A DNA stretch of 64,000 nt from Bacteroidota bacterium (GCA_040386815.1 JAZKET010000034.1:61236-125235), one strand, 5' to 3'. Positions 1-9,851 are shown, numbered from the stretch's first letter. The notes: a model not told the origin generated them from the sequence alone. Numbers and translations: made by a program.

Positions 1-118
1 TTACAACCTTTCCATCAGGGCTTTTTACAGTTTTTACAAGACGCTCATCTTTTTCGAATAGATTGCATGAAGTCAACAAAAGAAGCGTTGCAATTGCATT
101 AACAAATAATCTCTTCAT
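1..118 (-). CDS. 5' part of a putative lipoprotein (runs off the window start)
   Basis: Not in the ORF track. The reverse strand from ATG at 118 reads MKRLFVNAIATLLLLTSCNLFEKDERLVKTVKSPDGKVV, with an LTSC lipobox. The ATG overlaps the TGA of the upstream ORF (TGATG). Confidence 0.7.
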   Translation of the reverse strand, partial: MKRLFVNAIATLLLLTSCNLFEKDERLVKTVKSPDGKVV

Positions 119-570
119 CACGTGCAATAAATCCTAACTAATTGTACGGTATTGATAATCGCTAAAAATGCAACTCTAATCAATTGCAGATAAAAATATT
201 CTTTAAAGCCCGCTCTTTTTAGATTATAAATTATAACCATCGTCGCCACTATCAGAAAGAAAAGGCCAAACAAAAATGAGTAGATATAATCAACTACGTT
301 TAACGCGCCCGTTAAAAATACAGCCATGTTAATGGAAAAAAAAGCACCTAAACTAATAGGAAGCAAATAGTTTCCGTTATTTAAAGGGTTCTTCAGGAAA
401 ATAAACCCCAACGGAAAATATAAAATGGCCAAAAACATACCAAAGACCGCTATATCTACTCCCTCTGTTAGTTGGATGCCGTAATGAAATACTATCGATA
501 AAAGTAAAGACGCAGTAGCAATCTTTTCAATGATGCTTGCTTGCCTAATTACTTCAAAAAAACGCTTCAT
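118..570 (-). CDS. Hypothetical integral membrane protein
   Basis: 150 aa with about 4-5 hydrophobic segments; tightly spaced between the GH43 gene and the lipoprotein. Confidence 0.7.
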   Translation of the reverse strand: MKRFFEVIRQASIIEKIATASLLLSIVFHYGIQLTEGVDIAVFGMFLAILYFPLGFIFLKNPLNNGNYLLPISLGAFFSINMAVFLTGALNVVDYIYSFLFGLFFLIVATMVIIYNLKRAGFKEYFYLQLIRVAFLAIINTVQLVRIYCT

Positions 571-577
571 GAAATCC

Positions 578-2086
578 CTACCTATTCACCAAACTAAACC
601 CCTTAAACTGCCCACCCAAACTTGCATCACCTTTAAAATGCAAACCAGCGCGCGGACTGCGGTCCCATTGTGGCAGGGTGCCTGCTTTTATCGGGGTTTC
701 GGTGTTTAGTTGTTTCCAGTCTTCGGTGCCTTGTTTGTAGTAAAAGGTGCAGGTTTTATCGGCGGCTACATCAAGCTTTAACTGTACAGGTGTTTTGGCT
801 TTGGTGCTTTGCTGAGCCAGGGCAGCGTATTTATTGCTTTTCACCTGCCATAAAACTACCTCATTGTTCTGCACCCCTATGCCTACCGCAGCGTTGGCAT
901 CGCCATAAAAAGAAAGCCCTTTAAGCGCGGCGTTGCTGTTTAAAACCGTAGCTGTCATTACAAAGCTGCCGGATACCGGCCTGTTGGTTAATACAATCCC
1001 GGCTTGGTTACTCTCTTTAACTGTGCCTGACAAAGACAACACGCCCTTTTGCTGTTTTACCACAGGCGTCGAGTTACGGAAATCCCATTGCCATTTTTTA
1101 TCTACGGTTTTGGCGGTAAAATCTTCTTTAATGTTTGGCGCGGTGCCGCCCATTACTTTCTGCGCTTTAAAAGCCGGCCAGTCGTTGCCGTTTGGCCAAA
1201 CCAACTCAGACATTAAACCCTGGCGGCCGGTAATGGCTACGCTCTCTTTGTTATAGGCATGGTGAATGTAAAAATCGGCATCATTATCACCTTTAACAAA
1301 AGTGCCGTGGCCCATACATTTCCATTTGTCGTTTTCAGACAGGATAGGGTTTTTGTCATACTTCTCATACGGCCCGGCATAAGTTTTAGACCTTGCTACA
1401 CGCACATTATAGCTGCAACGCACGCCGCAGCATCCACCTGCCGAGTAGAACAGGTAATAGTAATCGCCTTTCTTTAAAATACTTTGCCCCTCTATGCCTT
1501 GTCGCTCATCATCGCGCAGCATAGAAAATGGCTCGCCTTCAATTTTAAGGCCGTCGGCAGATAGTTTGTAGCCTAATATTTCGTTCGGGCGGTTATCCAG
1601 GCCATAAGCTTTGAATGACACATACAACTGCCCGTTATCATTATAAATAAAAGCGTCGATAGCTTCTTTACCAAAGGTGATAAAGGTACCATGGTCGGTA
1701 AAACCTTTGTCCGGGAACTTTGAGGTAGCTACACCGATGTAAGATACATTGTCGCTTTTGCGGCGGGCGGTGTAATAAATGTAGTAGGTGTCTTTGATCT
1801 TGTAATATTCTGGTGCCCAGAATGAGCCATTGGTCCACTCGGGTGCTTTATCAAACACATAGCCGGCCTGGCTCCAGTTTTTTAGGTCGACCGATTTAAA
1901 GATCGGGAAATGCGGCGCCCACTCTGACGATGTGCCTACCGCGTAGTACGTATTGCCGACTTTTATGATAGAAGGATCGGCAAAATCACCGTGTATAACA
2001 GCGCCATCGTTTAACTGCGCAAGCAGTGTTAACGGCGATAATAAAACCAGTACGATATAAACGGCGATGGCCCTGAGCTTTTGCAT
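578..2086 (-). CDS. Glycoside hydrolase family 43 with C-terminal beta-sandwich (beta-xylosidase/arabinofuranosidase-like)
   Basis: Signal peptide; motifs FADPSII (catalytic base), WAPE, IDAF, IEGQ (acid), GHG, GRQ; C-terminal domain contains WQWD. Confidence 0.9.
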   Translation of the reverse strand: MQKLRAIAVYIVLVLLSPLTLLAQLNDGAVIHGDFADPSIIKVGNTYYAVGTSSEWAPHFPIFKSVDLKNWSQAGYVFDKAPEWTNGSFWAPEYYKIKDTYYIYYTARRKSDNVSYIGVATSKFPDKGFTDHGTFITFGKEAIDAFIYNDNGQLYVSFKAYGLDNRPNEILGYKLSADGLKIEGEPFSMLRDDERQGIEGQSILKKGDYYYLFYSAGGCCGVRCSYNVRVARSKTYAGPYEKYDKNPILSENDKWKCMGHGTFVKGDNDADFYIHHAYNKESVAITGRQGLMSELVWPNGNDWPAFKAQKVMGGTAPNIKEDFTAKTVDKKWQWDFRNSTPVVKQQKGVLSLSGTVKESNQAGIVLTNRPVSGSFVMTATVLNSNAALKGLSFYGDANAAVGIGVQNNEVVLWQVKSNKYAALAQQSTKAKTPVQLKLDVAADKTCTFYYKQGTEDWKQLNTETPIKAGTLPQWDRSPRAGLHFKGDASLGGQFKGFSLVNR

Positions 2087-2187
2087 AATGTAGTTTATTG
2101 GTTACCTGTATTGATAGATAAACAAATAAACACAATTTAGCCTAACAAGCAAAGTATAATCATTGCACAAACAACGCGCAAGCCTGT

Positions 2188-2211
2188 GCGACCCGATAGC
2201 TATCGGGTCGC
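2188..2211. repeat. Perfect 24-bp palindrome GCGACCCGATAGCTATCGGGTCGC
   Basis: Self-complementary, read directly. The CCGATAGCTATCGG core resembles dispersed palindromes I recall from Bacteroidota genomes. Confidence 0.75.
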
Positions 2212-2243
2212 CTCTTGAGAAATAGTCCCAATTTATATATCGG

Positions 2244-2383
2244 ATAACAGGCCGCTCCTAATGGAGCGCAAAGCTTCTTTTATTTTTTCTATAAACAGGT
2301 TGCTCCTACAGAGCTAATTATCCCATAGGGATACCCTGTTTGTAGTTGAAATGCGGTATAGTTCGACGCTCCATAGGAGCGTC
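2244..2383. repeat. REP-like palindromic element
   Basis: Short hairpins CGCTCC-taat-GGAGCG (2253-2268) and GACGCTCC-ata-GGAGCGTC (2365-2383); ctataaacagg and cctgtttgtag arms; same style as the 22.3-23.1 kb units. Confidence 0.6.
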
Positions 2384-2566
2384 CTTTTATTCATCTCGAC
2401 TATTTAACAGATACCTGCGGATGCGGATTTACAGGCACAGCCTTAACATCGTTATCGCATTTGCCAAGCAGCATGTAAATAACAACAAATATCACGATGG
2501 TTGATAAACAACCACCACCTAATTTTTTAGCGGTCCAGCCTGCTATAAGTACTTTGAAGAAATTAT

Positions 2567-2881
2567 TCATATTTTTTCTGTTTGTGTTAAAACTCCTCTT
2601 ACTAGTGCATCCAGTTCACGGTCGGCGCATTCCCAGGGCGCGTTAAAATCCAGCAGATCCGCTTTTCGGAAAATAAAATTGTACGTTTCGCCCGTAGTAA
2701 AAACGTGCTTAAAGCTCCAATTACCACGTACTGCACCCGTCGAAATGATCACCAGCTCTGATGATACCTCGCGCGGCGAAGGCAAGGCCGCCCATGCCTC
2801 TAAAAAACAACTGATACGCTCATTAAAAGCCCCGTTTGGTTCCATGTAGTAATTTCTTAACATAAGCTTAAAAAGCGGCAA
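2567..2881 (-). CDS. Small hypothetical protein (start may be the downstream ATG of MEPNG)
   Basis: 104-aa ORF filling an intergenic gap, divergent from the Crp gene; no recognisable motif. Confidence 0.45.
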   Translation of the reverse strand: MPLFKLMLRNYYMEPNGAFNERISCFLEAWAALPSPREVSSELVIISTGAVRGNWSFKHVFTTGETYNFIFRKADLLDFNAPWECADRELDALVRGVLTQTEKI

Positions 2882-2956
2882 ATGTTTTAGGGTGATATAA
2901 AATTTGTAGCAGGTATAAACAAATTGGACTTAGATGTTTTTACATTTGAACTTACA

Positions 2957-3535
2957 ATGTTTAACACCTTTAAAACATACATACAAGCGCAAGCCGACTT
3001 GAGCGACGAAGAAGTACAGCAGATGTATGACCTTGCTACGGAACGTTCGCTTCGTCGTAAGGAAATGCTTTTGCAGGAAGGTGAAATTTGCCGCTACAAA
3101 GTATTTATTGCCAAAGGCCTGCTGCGCACCTATCGCATCAAGGAAGACGGCAGCGAACACATCATCCAATTCTCGCCCGAAAACGGCTGGACCGTTGAAC
3201 CGGAGAGTTATGATAAGGTAATACCAACCGCCTACAACATTGACGCGCTTGAGGCAAGCGAGTTACTGCTATGGACAAAAAAAGACTTTGTTGATCTGCA
3301 AGAGAGCATCCCAAAACTGAAAAGCTTTTCGCAACGCGTCATATCTAATAGCACCTACATTATTCGCGAACGGGTATACAGCGCCATCAGCTCATCTGCC
3401 GAAGAAAAGTACGACGAATTTGTAAAACAACACCCCAGTCTTTTTGCCCGTGTGCCGCTGCACATGGTAGCCTCGTACCTGGGCGTATCGCGCGAAACTT
3501 TGAGCCGTATCCGCATCGCGCAAGTCGGCCGCTAA
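2957..3535 (+). CDS. Crp/Fnr family transcriptional regulator
   Basis: cNMP-binding beta-roll (LLQEGEICRYKVFIAKGLLRTY) and C-terminal HTH (VPLHMVASYLGVSRETLSRIR). The ATG at 2957 is preferred over the TTG at 2924. Confidence 0.92.
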   Translation: MFNTFKTYIQAQADLSDEEVQQMYDLATERSLRRKEMLLQEGEICRYKVFIAKGLLRTYRIKEDGSEHIIQFSPENGWTVEPESYDKVIPTAYNIDALEASELLLWTKKDFVDLQESIPKLKSFSQRVISNSTYIIRERVYSAISSSAEEKYDEFVKQHPSLFARVPLHMVASYLGVSRETLSRIRIAQVGR

Positions 3536-3544
3536 TTTAAAACG

Positions 3545-3589
3545 GTGACAAATGTCCTCGCTTTTGGCCTTTTCTCCGGGCCATCTTTG
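3545..3589 (+). promoter_or_regulatory. Putative Crp/Fnr operator GTGACAAATGTCCT plus weak -7 box CATCTTTG for the SDR gene
   Basis: Near-palindromic GTGAC-aaat-GTCCT at 3545-3558 resembles the CRP-type TGTGA-N6-TCACA site; -7-like element at 3582-3589. Confidence 0.5.
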
Positions 3590-3624
3590 TAGTGTAATTA
3601 TCTATCACTATAAAATTTAAAAAC

Positions 3625-4518
3625 ATGCGTGTATTTGTAACAGGAGCCTCGGGTTTTGTAGGCTCGGCCGTTGTAAAAGAATTAATTGAAGCAGGCCATG
3701 AAGTTTTGGGGTTGGCAAGAAACGAAGCCTCTGCTCAAAAGCTAAGAGATGCCGGTGCCGAAGTGCATCTCGGCGATCTTGATGATCTGGAAAGTTTGAA
3801 AGCCGGCGCGGCTGCCGCCGATGGTGTAATTCATACCGCGTTCATCCATGATTTTTCAAAGTATAAAGAAAGTTGTGAAATTGATCGTGGTGTTATCCTT
3901 ACCCTGGGCGAAGCTTTGGCAGGCACCGATAAGCCGTTAGTGATCACATCAGGTACCGCGTTAGTGAAATCTAACCCCATCAGCAATGAATTGGGCAAGC
4001 CGGATGTAAGCTCAGACATCGTTCCGCGTGTAGCCTCTGAAGAGGCTGCCGCTGCTATTGCCGCCAAAGGCGTTAATGTGCGTGTTTTGCGCCTGCCACC
4101 ATCAACACACGGTGCCGGCGACTATGGTTTTGTGCCCATGCTTGCCAACATCGCCAAAGAAAAAGGCGAGGCAGCCTATATTGGCGATGGTTTGAACTTA
4201 TGGCCTGCAGCACACCGTTTTGACGCGGCCCGCTTGTACAGACTGGCGCTTGAAAAAGGCAAAGCAGGCGCTAACTACCACGCCGTTGTAGAGCAAGGCA
4301 TCCCAATGCGTGACATAGCCACGCAAATAGGTAAAAAGCTTGGCCTGCCTATATCATCAAAGACAAAAGAAGAGGCGGTTGAATATTTTGGTTGGATGGT
4401 GCATTTTGCCGGTATGCACATGCCATCGTCAAGCCAGATAAGCCGCGATGAGTTAGGCTGGGAGCCGACAGACAAAGGCTTGCTTGACGATATAAAGGAA
4501 AATTACTTTAACAGTTAA
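3625..4518 (+). CDS. NAD-dependent epimerase/dehydratase (atypical SDR family oxidoreductase)
   Basis: N-terminal TGASGFVG Rossmann motif, GDL and VIHTAF; 297 aa. Confidence 0.92.
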   Translation: MRVFVTGASGFVGSAVVKELIEAGHEVLGLARNEASAQKLRDAGAEVHLGDLDDLESLKAGAAAADGVIHTAFIHDFSKYKESCEIDRGVILTLGEALAGTDKPLVITSGTALVKSNPISNELGKPDVSSDIVPRVASEEAAAAIAAKGVNVRVLRLPPSTHGAGDYGFVPMLANIAKEKGEAAYIGDGLNLWPAAHRFDAARLYRLALEKGKAGANYHAVVEQGIPMRDIATQIGKKLGLPISSKTKEEAVEYFGWMVHFAGMHMPSSSQISRDELGWEPTDKGLLDDIKENYFNS

Positions 4519-4530
4519 TCAGGCAAAATG

Positions 4531-4569
4531 AAAGCCTGCTAATAGTATTGACTGTTAGCGGGCTTTTTA
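4531..4569. terminator. Bidirectional intrinsic terminator
   Basis: AAAGCCTGCTAA...TTAGCGGGCTTTTT between convergent genes. Confidence 0.75.
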
Positions 4570-5679
4570 TTATTTCTTTAACGGGATAACCATATTCCAC
4601 GAGCGTTCTAACTGGTAAGGTTTACTGCCCGAACCGGTGGCGGCAAAAAGGTGTGTAGCCACGCCATCCTCGAACAATAAAAACGGCCTTTCAAAATTTC
4701 CCTGCCGGGTGGTGGTACCATCGTCCCATTTTACATTTCTTGAGTAGGCTTTCAGCGGGGTAGCCAGGTTCCAGTTTACCCCATCTTTTGATTTTGCATG
4801 GATACCGCCGCCTTCTTCGCCGCAAATATGGCCAAATCGGTCCTTCATGATCAATTCAAAATGATCGTTCTCATACCATACAAAGGGGTCTTCTACATCA
4901 CTATCAGCCTCGCCGGGTTTTTGAAACTGGAATATAGGTTTGTCAGACAAACGCTCATAAGGCCCGCGAAACGACTTCGCTTTTGCCGCGCCCAGTAGCA
5001 AAGGCGGATTATAGTCTTTTGATGAAGATTTATACATCAGGTAAACACTACCATCAGGCAACACTACCGGCGATGGGTTAGAGGTTATGGATGCATCCCA
5101 TTGGCCCGGCCTTGGTTCAATCACCGGTTTGTCATTCCTGGTCCATGGCCCATACACAGATTTAGACCAGGCCATACCTACCCGCTTTTTCATCCAGGCC
5201 CGTTGCGCCAGGCCGGTTGCCCAAACATCAACACCTGGCTTGGGTGGCGCATCATCATAATGCGTCCCGAAATAGTATAACACATAGTAATCGCCATTTT
5301 TAACAATACGGGCATTGTGCGTTACACAACCGTCAAAAAACTGCTTCCCGCGGGCGGGCAGCACCACTTCTTGAAATTTATATGGCCCGGCCGGTGTTTT
5401 AGAAACCGCCCTAACTATCTGCGAGTTGGTAACCCAATTGCCAAAGCCGTATTCTTTTGACCATCGCGACGCAAACATGTGATAAAGGCCATCTTCTCCC
5501 TTAACAACCGATGGATCCCACACCCAATAATCGTCCATGGCAAAACCGCCGTTTACGGGTGCAGGCAACATTCTGTCAGGCAATGAGACGTCATCCTTCA
5601 CCTCCCCGAAAAGATGATTACTAAGCAATATGCCCGCTGCCAGTCCGCCTGTTTGCTGTAAAAATTTACGCCTTTCCAT
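4570..5679 (-). CDS. Tat-exported five-bladed beta-propeller glycoside hydrolase (GH43/62/32/68/117/130-like clan)
   Basis: MERRKFL Tat signal; motifs WDPSVV, HNARI, SNPSPV, EDPFVW, ERPFL. Confidence 0.8.
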   Translation of the reverse strand: MERRKFLQQTGGLAAGILLSNHLFGEVKDDVSLPDRMLPAPVNGGFAMDDYWVWDPSVVKGEDGLYHMFASRWSKEYGFGNWVTNSQIVRAVSKTPAGPYKFQEVVLPARGKQFFDGCVTHNARIVKNGDYYVLYYFGTHYDDAPPKPGVDVWATGLAQRAWMKKRVGMAWSKSVYGPWTRNDKPVIEPRPGQWDASITSNPSPVVLPDGSVYLMYKSSSKDYNPPLLLGAAKAKSFRGPYERLSDKPIFQFQKPGEADSDVEDPFVWYENDHFELIMKDRFGHICGEEGGGIHAKSKDGVNWNLATPLKAYSRNVKWDDGTTTRQGNFERPFLLFEDGVATHLFAATGSGSKPYQLERSWNMVIPLKK

Positions 5680-5717
5680 AGGTACCTATATGAATGCTTT
5701 AAAATCTGTTATAACAA

Positions 5718-5752
5718 AACAGCCTGTAAAATTCATCACTTTACAGGCTGTT
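5718..5752. terminator. Hairpin/terminator after the heme-binding protein gene
   Basis: 13-bp perfect inverted repeat AACAGCCTGTAAA / TTTACAGGCTGTT. Confidence 0.65.
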
Positions 5753-5769
5753 GTATAATTAAGCTAAGC

Positions 5770-8373
5770 TTACTTTTTGTTGTTAGCTAAGAAAGTAACC
5801 AGTGATGCCATTTCCTCGTACGACAAAGCGTTGGCTAAGCCTTGTGGCATCATAGATGTTTCCATTTCCTTGCGGGATATGATATCGCTGGTTTTCACGG
5901 TGTAAACTTCGCCGGTGATGTTACGCATAATTACGCGGTCTGCGTTCTCATCGGTAACAAAACCCATATAGCTTTTGTTGCCTTTGGCGGTTACCATAAC
6001 AGTAGCAAAACCCTGCGAGATAGAAGCGTTAGGCTTCAAAATCGACTCGGCAATTTGCTCGCGCGTCATGATAGAACCTATCTGTCCCATAAATGGCCCT
6101 TTTGGTTTCTCGCTCTTATCCAACGTATGGCAGGCAATACAACCCTGGCGTGCAAATAAAGCTTTACCCAAGGTTGGGTCGCCTTTAATTTTGCCCAGCA
6201 TCAGCATTACATCTTCAATAGATGCTTTACCTACCTGGCCCTTTTGGTTTTTGATTTTCTCCAAGTCAACCTTTGGCTCATTGTTGGCGATAGCTTTCTC
6301 TTCAACACCAAACTCAGCAATTTTCATACGGTGGCGCTCGTTCAAATCGGTATAAAGTTGTTTGCCTGTGGCATCGGCTTTTTCCCATTGTGCTTTCAGG
6401 AAAGTTTCAATTTTTGGCGACGCGGCCCAGGTAATACCTTTATAGTACGGACCATGAGAGTCTGGGCGTGTACCCCACCACCATGAAGCATCATAAGGCG
6501 CTTCTTCGCGGTAAAGGCGAGACAAGGTAGTGATGATCTCTGTTTTAGTTTTTGCATCGCTTACTTTGCCGTAAGCGGCAATTAAACCATCAACCGCTTT
6601 TTCATTGTGCATGTTGCGTAACACCCATAAAGCCAAAGTTGAGTTTTCTGTGCCGATAGAAGCAACAGCGGCATCGGTAGCGTTTAGTTCAACCAATGAG
6701 CGTGCAGCCAGGTGAGGCAATACAATAGCTGAGTTAGGCGTAGCATGCGGACCCTCTGCAACACCTTTAGCAGGTGCTACAAATGATGCAGGCACTTTGG
6801 TTTGCAATAAAGCGGCTATAGCCTCTGTTTTACCTAATCTGCCTAAACCTATAATAGCAGCAGCCTGCACACGTGGGTTAGCATCTTTTAAAGCAGCTAA
6901 AAACGGCTCGGCAGATACTTTTGATGCCCAGGCTTTGCGGTCGGCAAGTTCACGCAGGGCAAACTCACGAATGGCGGCATCTTTTGTTAATTCAGTTAAA
7001 CTTGGGATACCGCTTTCGGCAGCTATTTGCGCGTAAGTGAATACACCTGCGGCACGGCTCTCTAAGCTCAGACTTTTATCCTGTGCTACTTTTAAAGCAG
7101 CAGCGGCGGCGGACTTTACCGGGCGCTTTAATAATTCTTGCGAAGCATTGATACGCGCAACCGCGCTGGCAGATTTTAACAGGTCGGCCAGTTTTTTCTC
7201 TGATAGCTTGGCTACGTTAGGGAAAGCTTTGTACTTCCAGTCGTTAGGTACGGCACGCACTACATAACCTTTGCTTGGGCTACCGTTATAACCGGCACCA
7301 TCCCAGGCTGACATATATAAACGGCCAGAACCATCAACATCAAGGTCGCTTATCTGCGGTAGTTTTATAAATTCTTCGTCTTTTTGGGTAAAGGTAGGGC
7401 CATCAGGCGTAACACGGTGAATGTATAGCATGCTGCGTCCCCAGTCGGCCATCATAGGCACTTTATTGAATTTAGCCGGCCAGTTTGGCTCGTCCATAAA
7501 TAAGTTACCGGTACCAGAGCCACCACCAACGTCAACTAAAGCAGGCAAAATCTCGTCTGTAAAATGCTGGAACAACAATGGGTAACCATACTCGCCAGAT
7601 TGAATATAATGCGAGAAACGGATATTCCAGCCACCGCCATCATTGGTGTTCTCGCGGGTAAACACGTTCATGAAAGGATCTATGGCCACATCGTACACGT
7701 TACGGGTACCGTGTATAAACACTTCCATCTCGGTACCATCAGGACGTACACGAACGATACCACCACCCAGCATGGTTAGTTTTTTACCAGAACGATCAAC
7801 AGCGTTATAAAAACCGAAATCGCCTACGCTTACATATATCCAGCCATCAATACCCATGCGGATACCATTGGTAGCGTGGTCTGTACCACGCTCTTGCAGA
7901 TATTTGGTGTTACTAAAGTGTTCTATCAGCGGTTGCTCAGGGCCATCAGCTACGCCGTCGCCATCTTTGTCTTCAAACACCACCAGCGACATGCCGGTAG
8001 CCAGTTTAGTTTCTTTTGAAAAATCGGTATGCAATACATACACTTTGCTGCCGCTTACAATGATACCGCGCGGGTTATCCACATCAGCAAAATTGGTATG
8101 CTTATCCAATTTACCGTCATTGTCGGTATCTATCAGTTTTACAATACGGCCCTTGCCCGGGGTTTTACCCAATGAGCCTATCATATCCACACCCACAAAC
8201 ACCTCGCCGGTTGGGGCTACGGCTAAGCAAGCCGGGCTAGGCACCAGGTCAGGGCCTGCAAACTGGGTTATGGTTAATTCGGGTGGGTTTTCAAACGCCA
8301 TCGGCTGCGGAAAAAACATTCCCCCTAAAAAAACTACAAGGGCCGATATAATACTAATTGTTGCTTTTAACAT
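5770..8373 (-). CDS. PVC-type heme-binding protein: dehydrogenase-like beta-propeller + HEAT repeats + cytochrome c
   Basis: Propeller motifs DHATNGIRMGIDGWIY, GTRNVYD and ENTNDGGGW; Ala/Leu-rich HEAT region; GDPTLGKALF..GCIACH heme motif and S-M-M-P axial Met region. Confidence 0.88.
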   Translation of the reverse strand: MLKATISIISALVVFLGGMFFPQPMAFENPPELTITQFAGPDLVPSPACLAVAPTGEVFVGVDMIGSLGKTPGKGRIVKLIDTDNDGKLDKHTNFADVDNPRGIIVSGSKVYVLHTDFSKETKLATGMSLVVFEDKDGDGVADGPEQPLIEHFSNTKYLQERGTDHATNGIRMGIDGWIYVSVGDFGFYNAVDRSGKKLTMLGGGIVRVRPDGTEMEVFIHGTRNVYDVAIDPFMNVFTRENTNDGGGWNIRFSHYIQSGEYGYPLLFQHFTDEILPALVDVGGGSGTGNLFMDEPNWPAKFNKVPMMADWGRSMLYIHRVTPDGPTFTQKDEEFIKLPQISDLDVDGSGRLYMSAWDGAGYNGSPSKGYVVRAVPNDWKYKAFPNVAKLSEKKLADLLKSASAVARINASQELLKRPVKSAAAAALKVAQDKSLSLESRAAGVFTYAQIAAESGIPSLTELTKDAAIREFALRELADRKAWASKVSAEPFLAALKDANPRVQAAAIIGLGRLGKTEAIAALLQTKVPASFVAPAKGVAEGPHATPNSAIVLPHLAARSLVELNATDAAVASIGTENSTLALWVLRNMHNEKAVDGLIAAYGKVSDAKTKTEIITTLSRLYREEAPYDASWWWGTRPDSHGPYYKGITWAASPKIETFLKAQWEKADATGKQLYTDLNERHRMKIAEFGVEEKAIANNEPKVDLEKIKNQKGQVGKASIEDVMLMLGKIKGDPTLGKALFARQGCIACHTLDKSEKPKGPFMGQIGSIMTREQIAESILKPNASISQGFATVMVTAKGNKSYMGFVTDENADRVIMRNITGEVYTVKTSDIISRKEMETSMMPQGLANALSYEEMASLVTFLANNKK

Positions 8374-8392
8374 AATTGTAAATGGTAATTTA

Positions 8393-9244
8393 TTACTGTA
8401 CTGCCACGCGTTTCTGCGACATTAATTGAGCTACCACAGTTTTCAGTTTCTGTGGGTCTTTTGCATATTTTTCAAGATCAATGATCTCTATCTTTCTAAA
8501 ATCGGTAGGGTGGCTTTCGCTTTGGATAGATATGGTACCGCTTTTTATAAACGTTCCTTCTTTTTTGCCTTTCTCCGGGTCGGTTTGCGGTTTTTCATAA
8601 CGCATTACTTCCTCGCCATTAACGTAGTGTATTACCAGCGAATCTGCCAACACCAATAACTCTACACGTACCCATTGGTCGCCATCAAAGGTTTTTGATT
8701 TTGAGTCGGTACAATGCTGTGTGATGATCTTGCCATCGCGTTCAAACTGGGTACCGGGTGTACACAGGTTTGCTGTGCTGCGATTGCCTTTGCCGGTGCC
8801 GCCTAATAATTGCGCTTCCATAGAGTTAGGGAAATCCTGGTCCTTTTTCATGGTCGCCGGGTCTTGCCCGTGAAACATGATACCGTTGTTACGGAAAGCC
8901 CATCCCGGGCCACCCTTTACCTGGTCGCCAACAAAGCGATATTCGGCAGCTAAAAGGTAGTGCGAGTATGATTTTTTATAAAAAAGGTGACCGTAAGTTT
9001 CGTCAAACTTCTCGTACTCATCATAACGGTTTTCTAGCAGGCCATTTTCAACACGGAAGGTGTTTTTCCAGTTCTCACCATACTCGTGGTAACGTATTTT
9101 CGGTGTCCAGCCTTTAAGGTTTTTGCCGTTAAACAATTGCTCCCATTTAGGGTCGGCGGCGTTATTATTATTGTTTGAGTCGCCTGTGAAAGCAAGTAGT
9201 AAACCCGAGAACAAAAGCCCCGTTAGTTTTGCGTATTTATACAT
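8393..9244 (-). CDS. DUF1080 protein (3-keto-glycoside hydrolase/lyase-like)
   Basis: WEQLFNGKNLKGW, NNGI, SMEAQL, QWVRVE, GTISIQSE, FRKIEI. The likely start is MYKYAK; the ORF track extends to 9277. Confidence 0.88.
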   Translation of the reverse strand: MYKYAKLTGLLFSGLLLAFTGDSNNNNNAADPKWEQLFNGKNLKGWTPKIRYHEYGENWKNTFRVENGLLENRYDEYEKFDETYGHLFYKKSYSHYLLAAEYRFVGDQVKGGPGWAFRNNGIMFHGQDPATMKKDQDFPNSMEAQLLGGTGKGNRSTANLCTPGTQFERDGKIITQHCTDSKSKTFDGDQWVRVELLVLADSLVIHYVNGEEVMRYEKPQTDPEKGKKEGTFIKSGTISIQSESHPTDFRKIEIIDLEKYAKDPQKLKTVVAQLMSQKRVAVQ

Positions 9245-9436
9245 TGGTATGCTATAAATGATATGGGTATTGCACAAATAAATTGGTAAGGTAAACTTAC
9301 AATAATTTTATAATTAATTGATCTAAATGCATTGCCAGCGCTACTAAACTTTAGCGCAAACGTTTGCATACTGACGATATTATTAACTAAATTGCCATAT
9401 ATCTTTACAGCTTTCTATCATATCATCGCTTTTAGT

Positions 9437-9802
9437 ATGCAACACAACGCCAAATCCCTTCGTCCGTTTATAGGTGCAAAAGATTTTGAACTGTCGCGTG
9501 CCTTTTACCGCGACCTTGGTTTTACTGAAACTGCCCTCAGCGCAGACCTATCTGTATTTAAAACCGGCACTATGGCTTTTTACTTACAGGATGCCTACGT
9601 GAAAAACTGGATAGACAACACCATGCTATTTTTAGAAGTTGATGATGTAAGCCGCTTTTGGGATGATCTATCGGCACTTAACTTACCGGCAAAATATCCC
9701 GGCGTGCGCGCAACCCCACCACGAACACTGGAATGGGGGCGCGAATGCTTTTTGCATGATCCATCTGGAATATTGTGGCATTTTGGTGAGTTTAAGGGGT
9801 AA
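9437..9802 (+). CDS. VOC/glyoxalase family protein
   Basis: RPFIGAKDFELSRAFYRDLGF and EWGRECFLHDPSGILWHFG; ATG at 9437 preferred. Confidence 0.88.
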   Translation: MQHNAKSLRPFIGAKDFELSRAFYRDLGFTETALSADLSVFKTGTMAFYLQDAYVKNWIDNTMLFLEVDDVSRFWDDLSALNLPAKYPGVRATPPRTLEWGRECFLHDPSGILWHFGEFKG

Positions 9803-9838
9803 GCCAATTCTTTCAGCTTTGAAAGAATGGCCTTTTTA
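9803..9838. terminator. Bidirectional terminator
   Basis: GCCAATTCTTTCA-gctt-TGAAAGAATGGC followed by a T-run, between convergent genes. Confidence 0.65.
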
Positions 9839-9851
9839 TTACGTAGCACTA

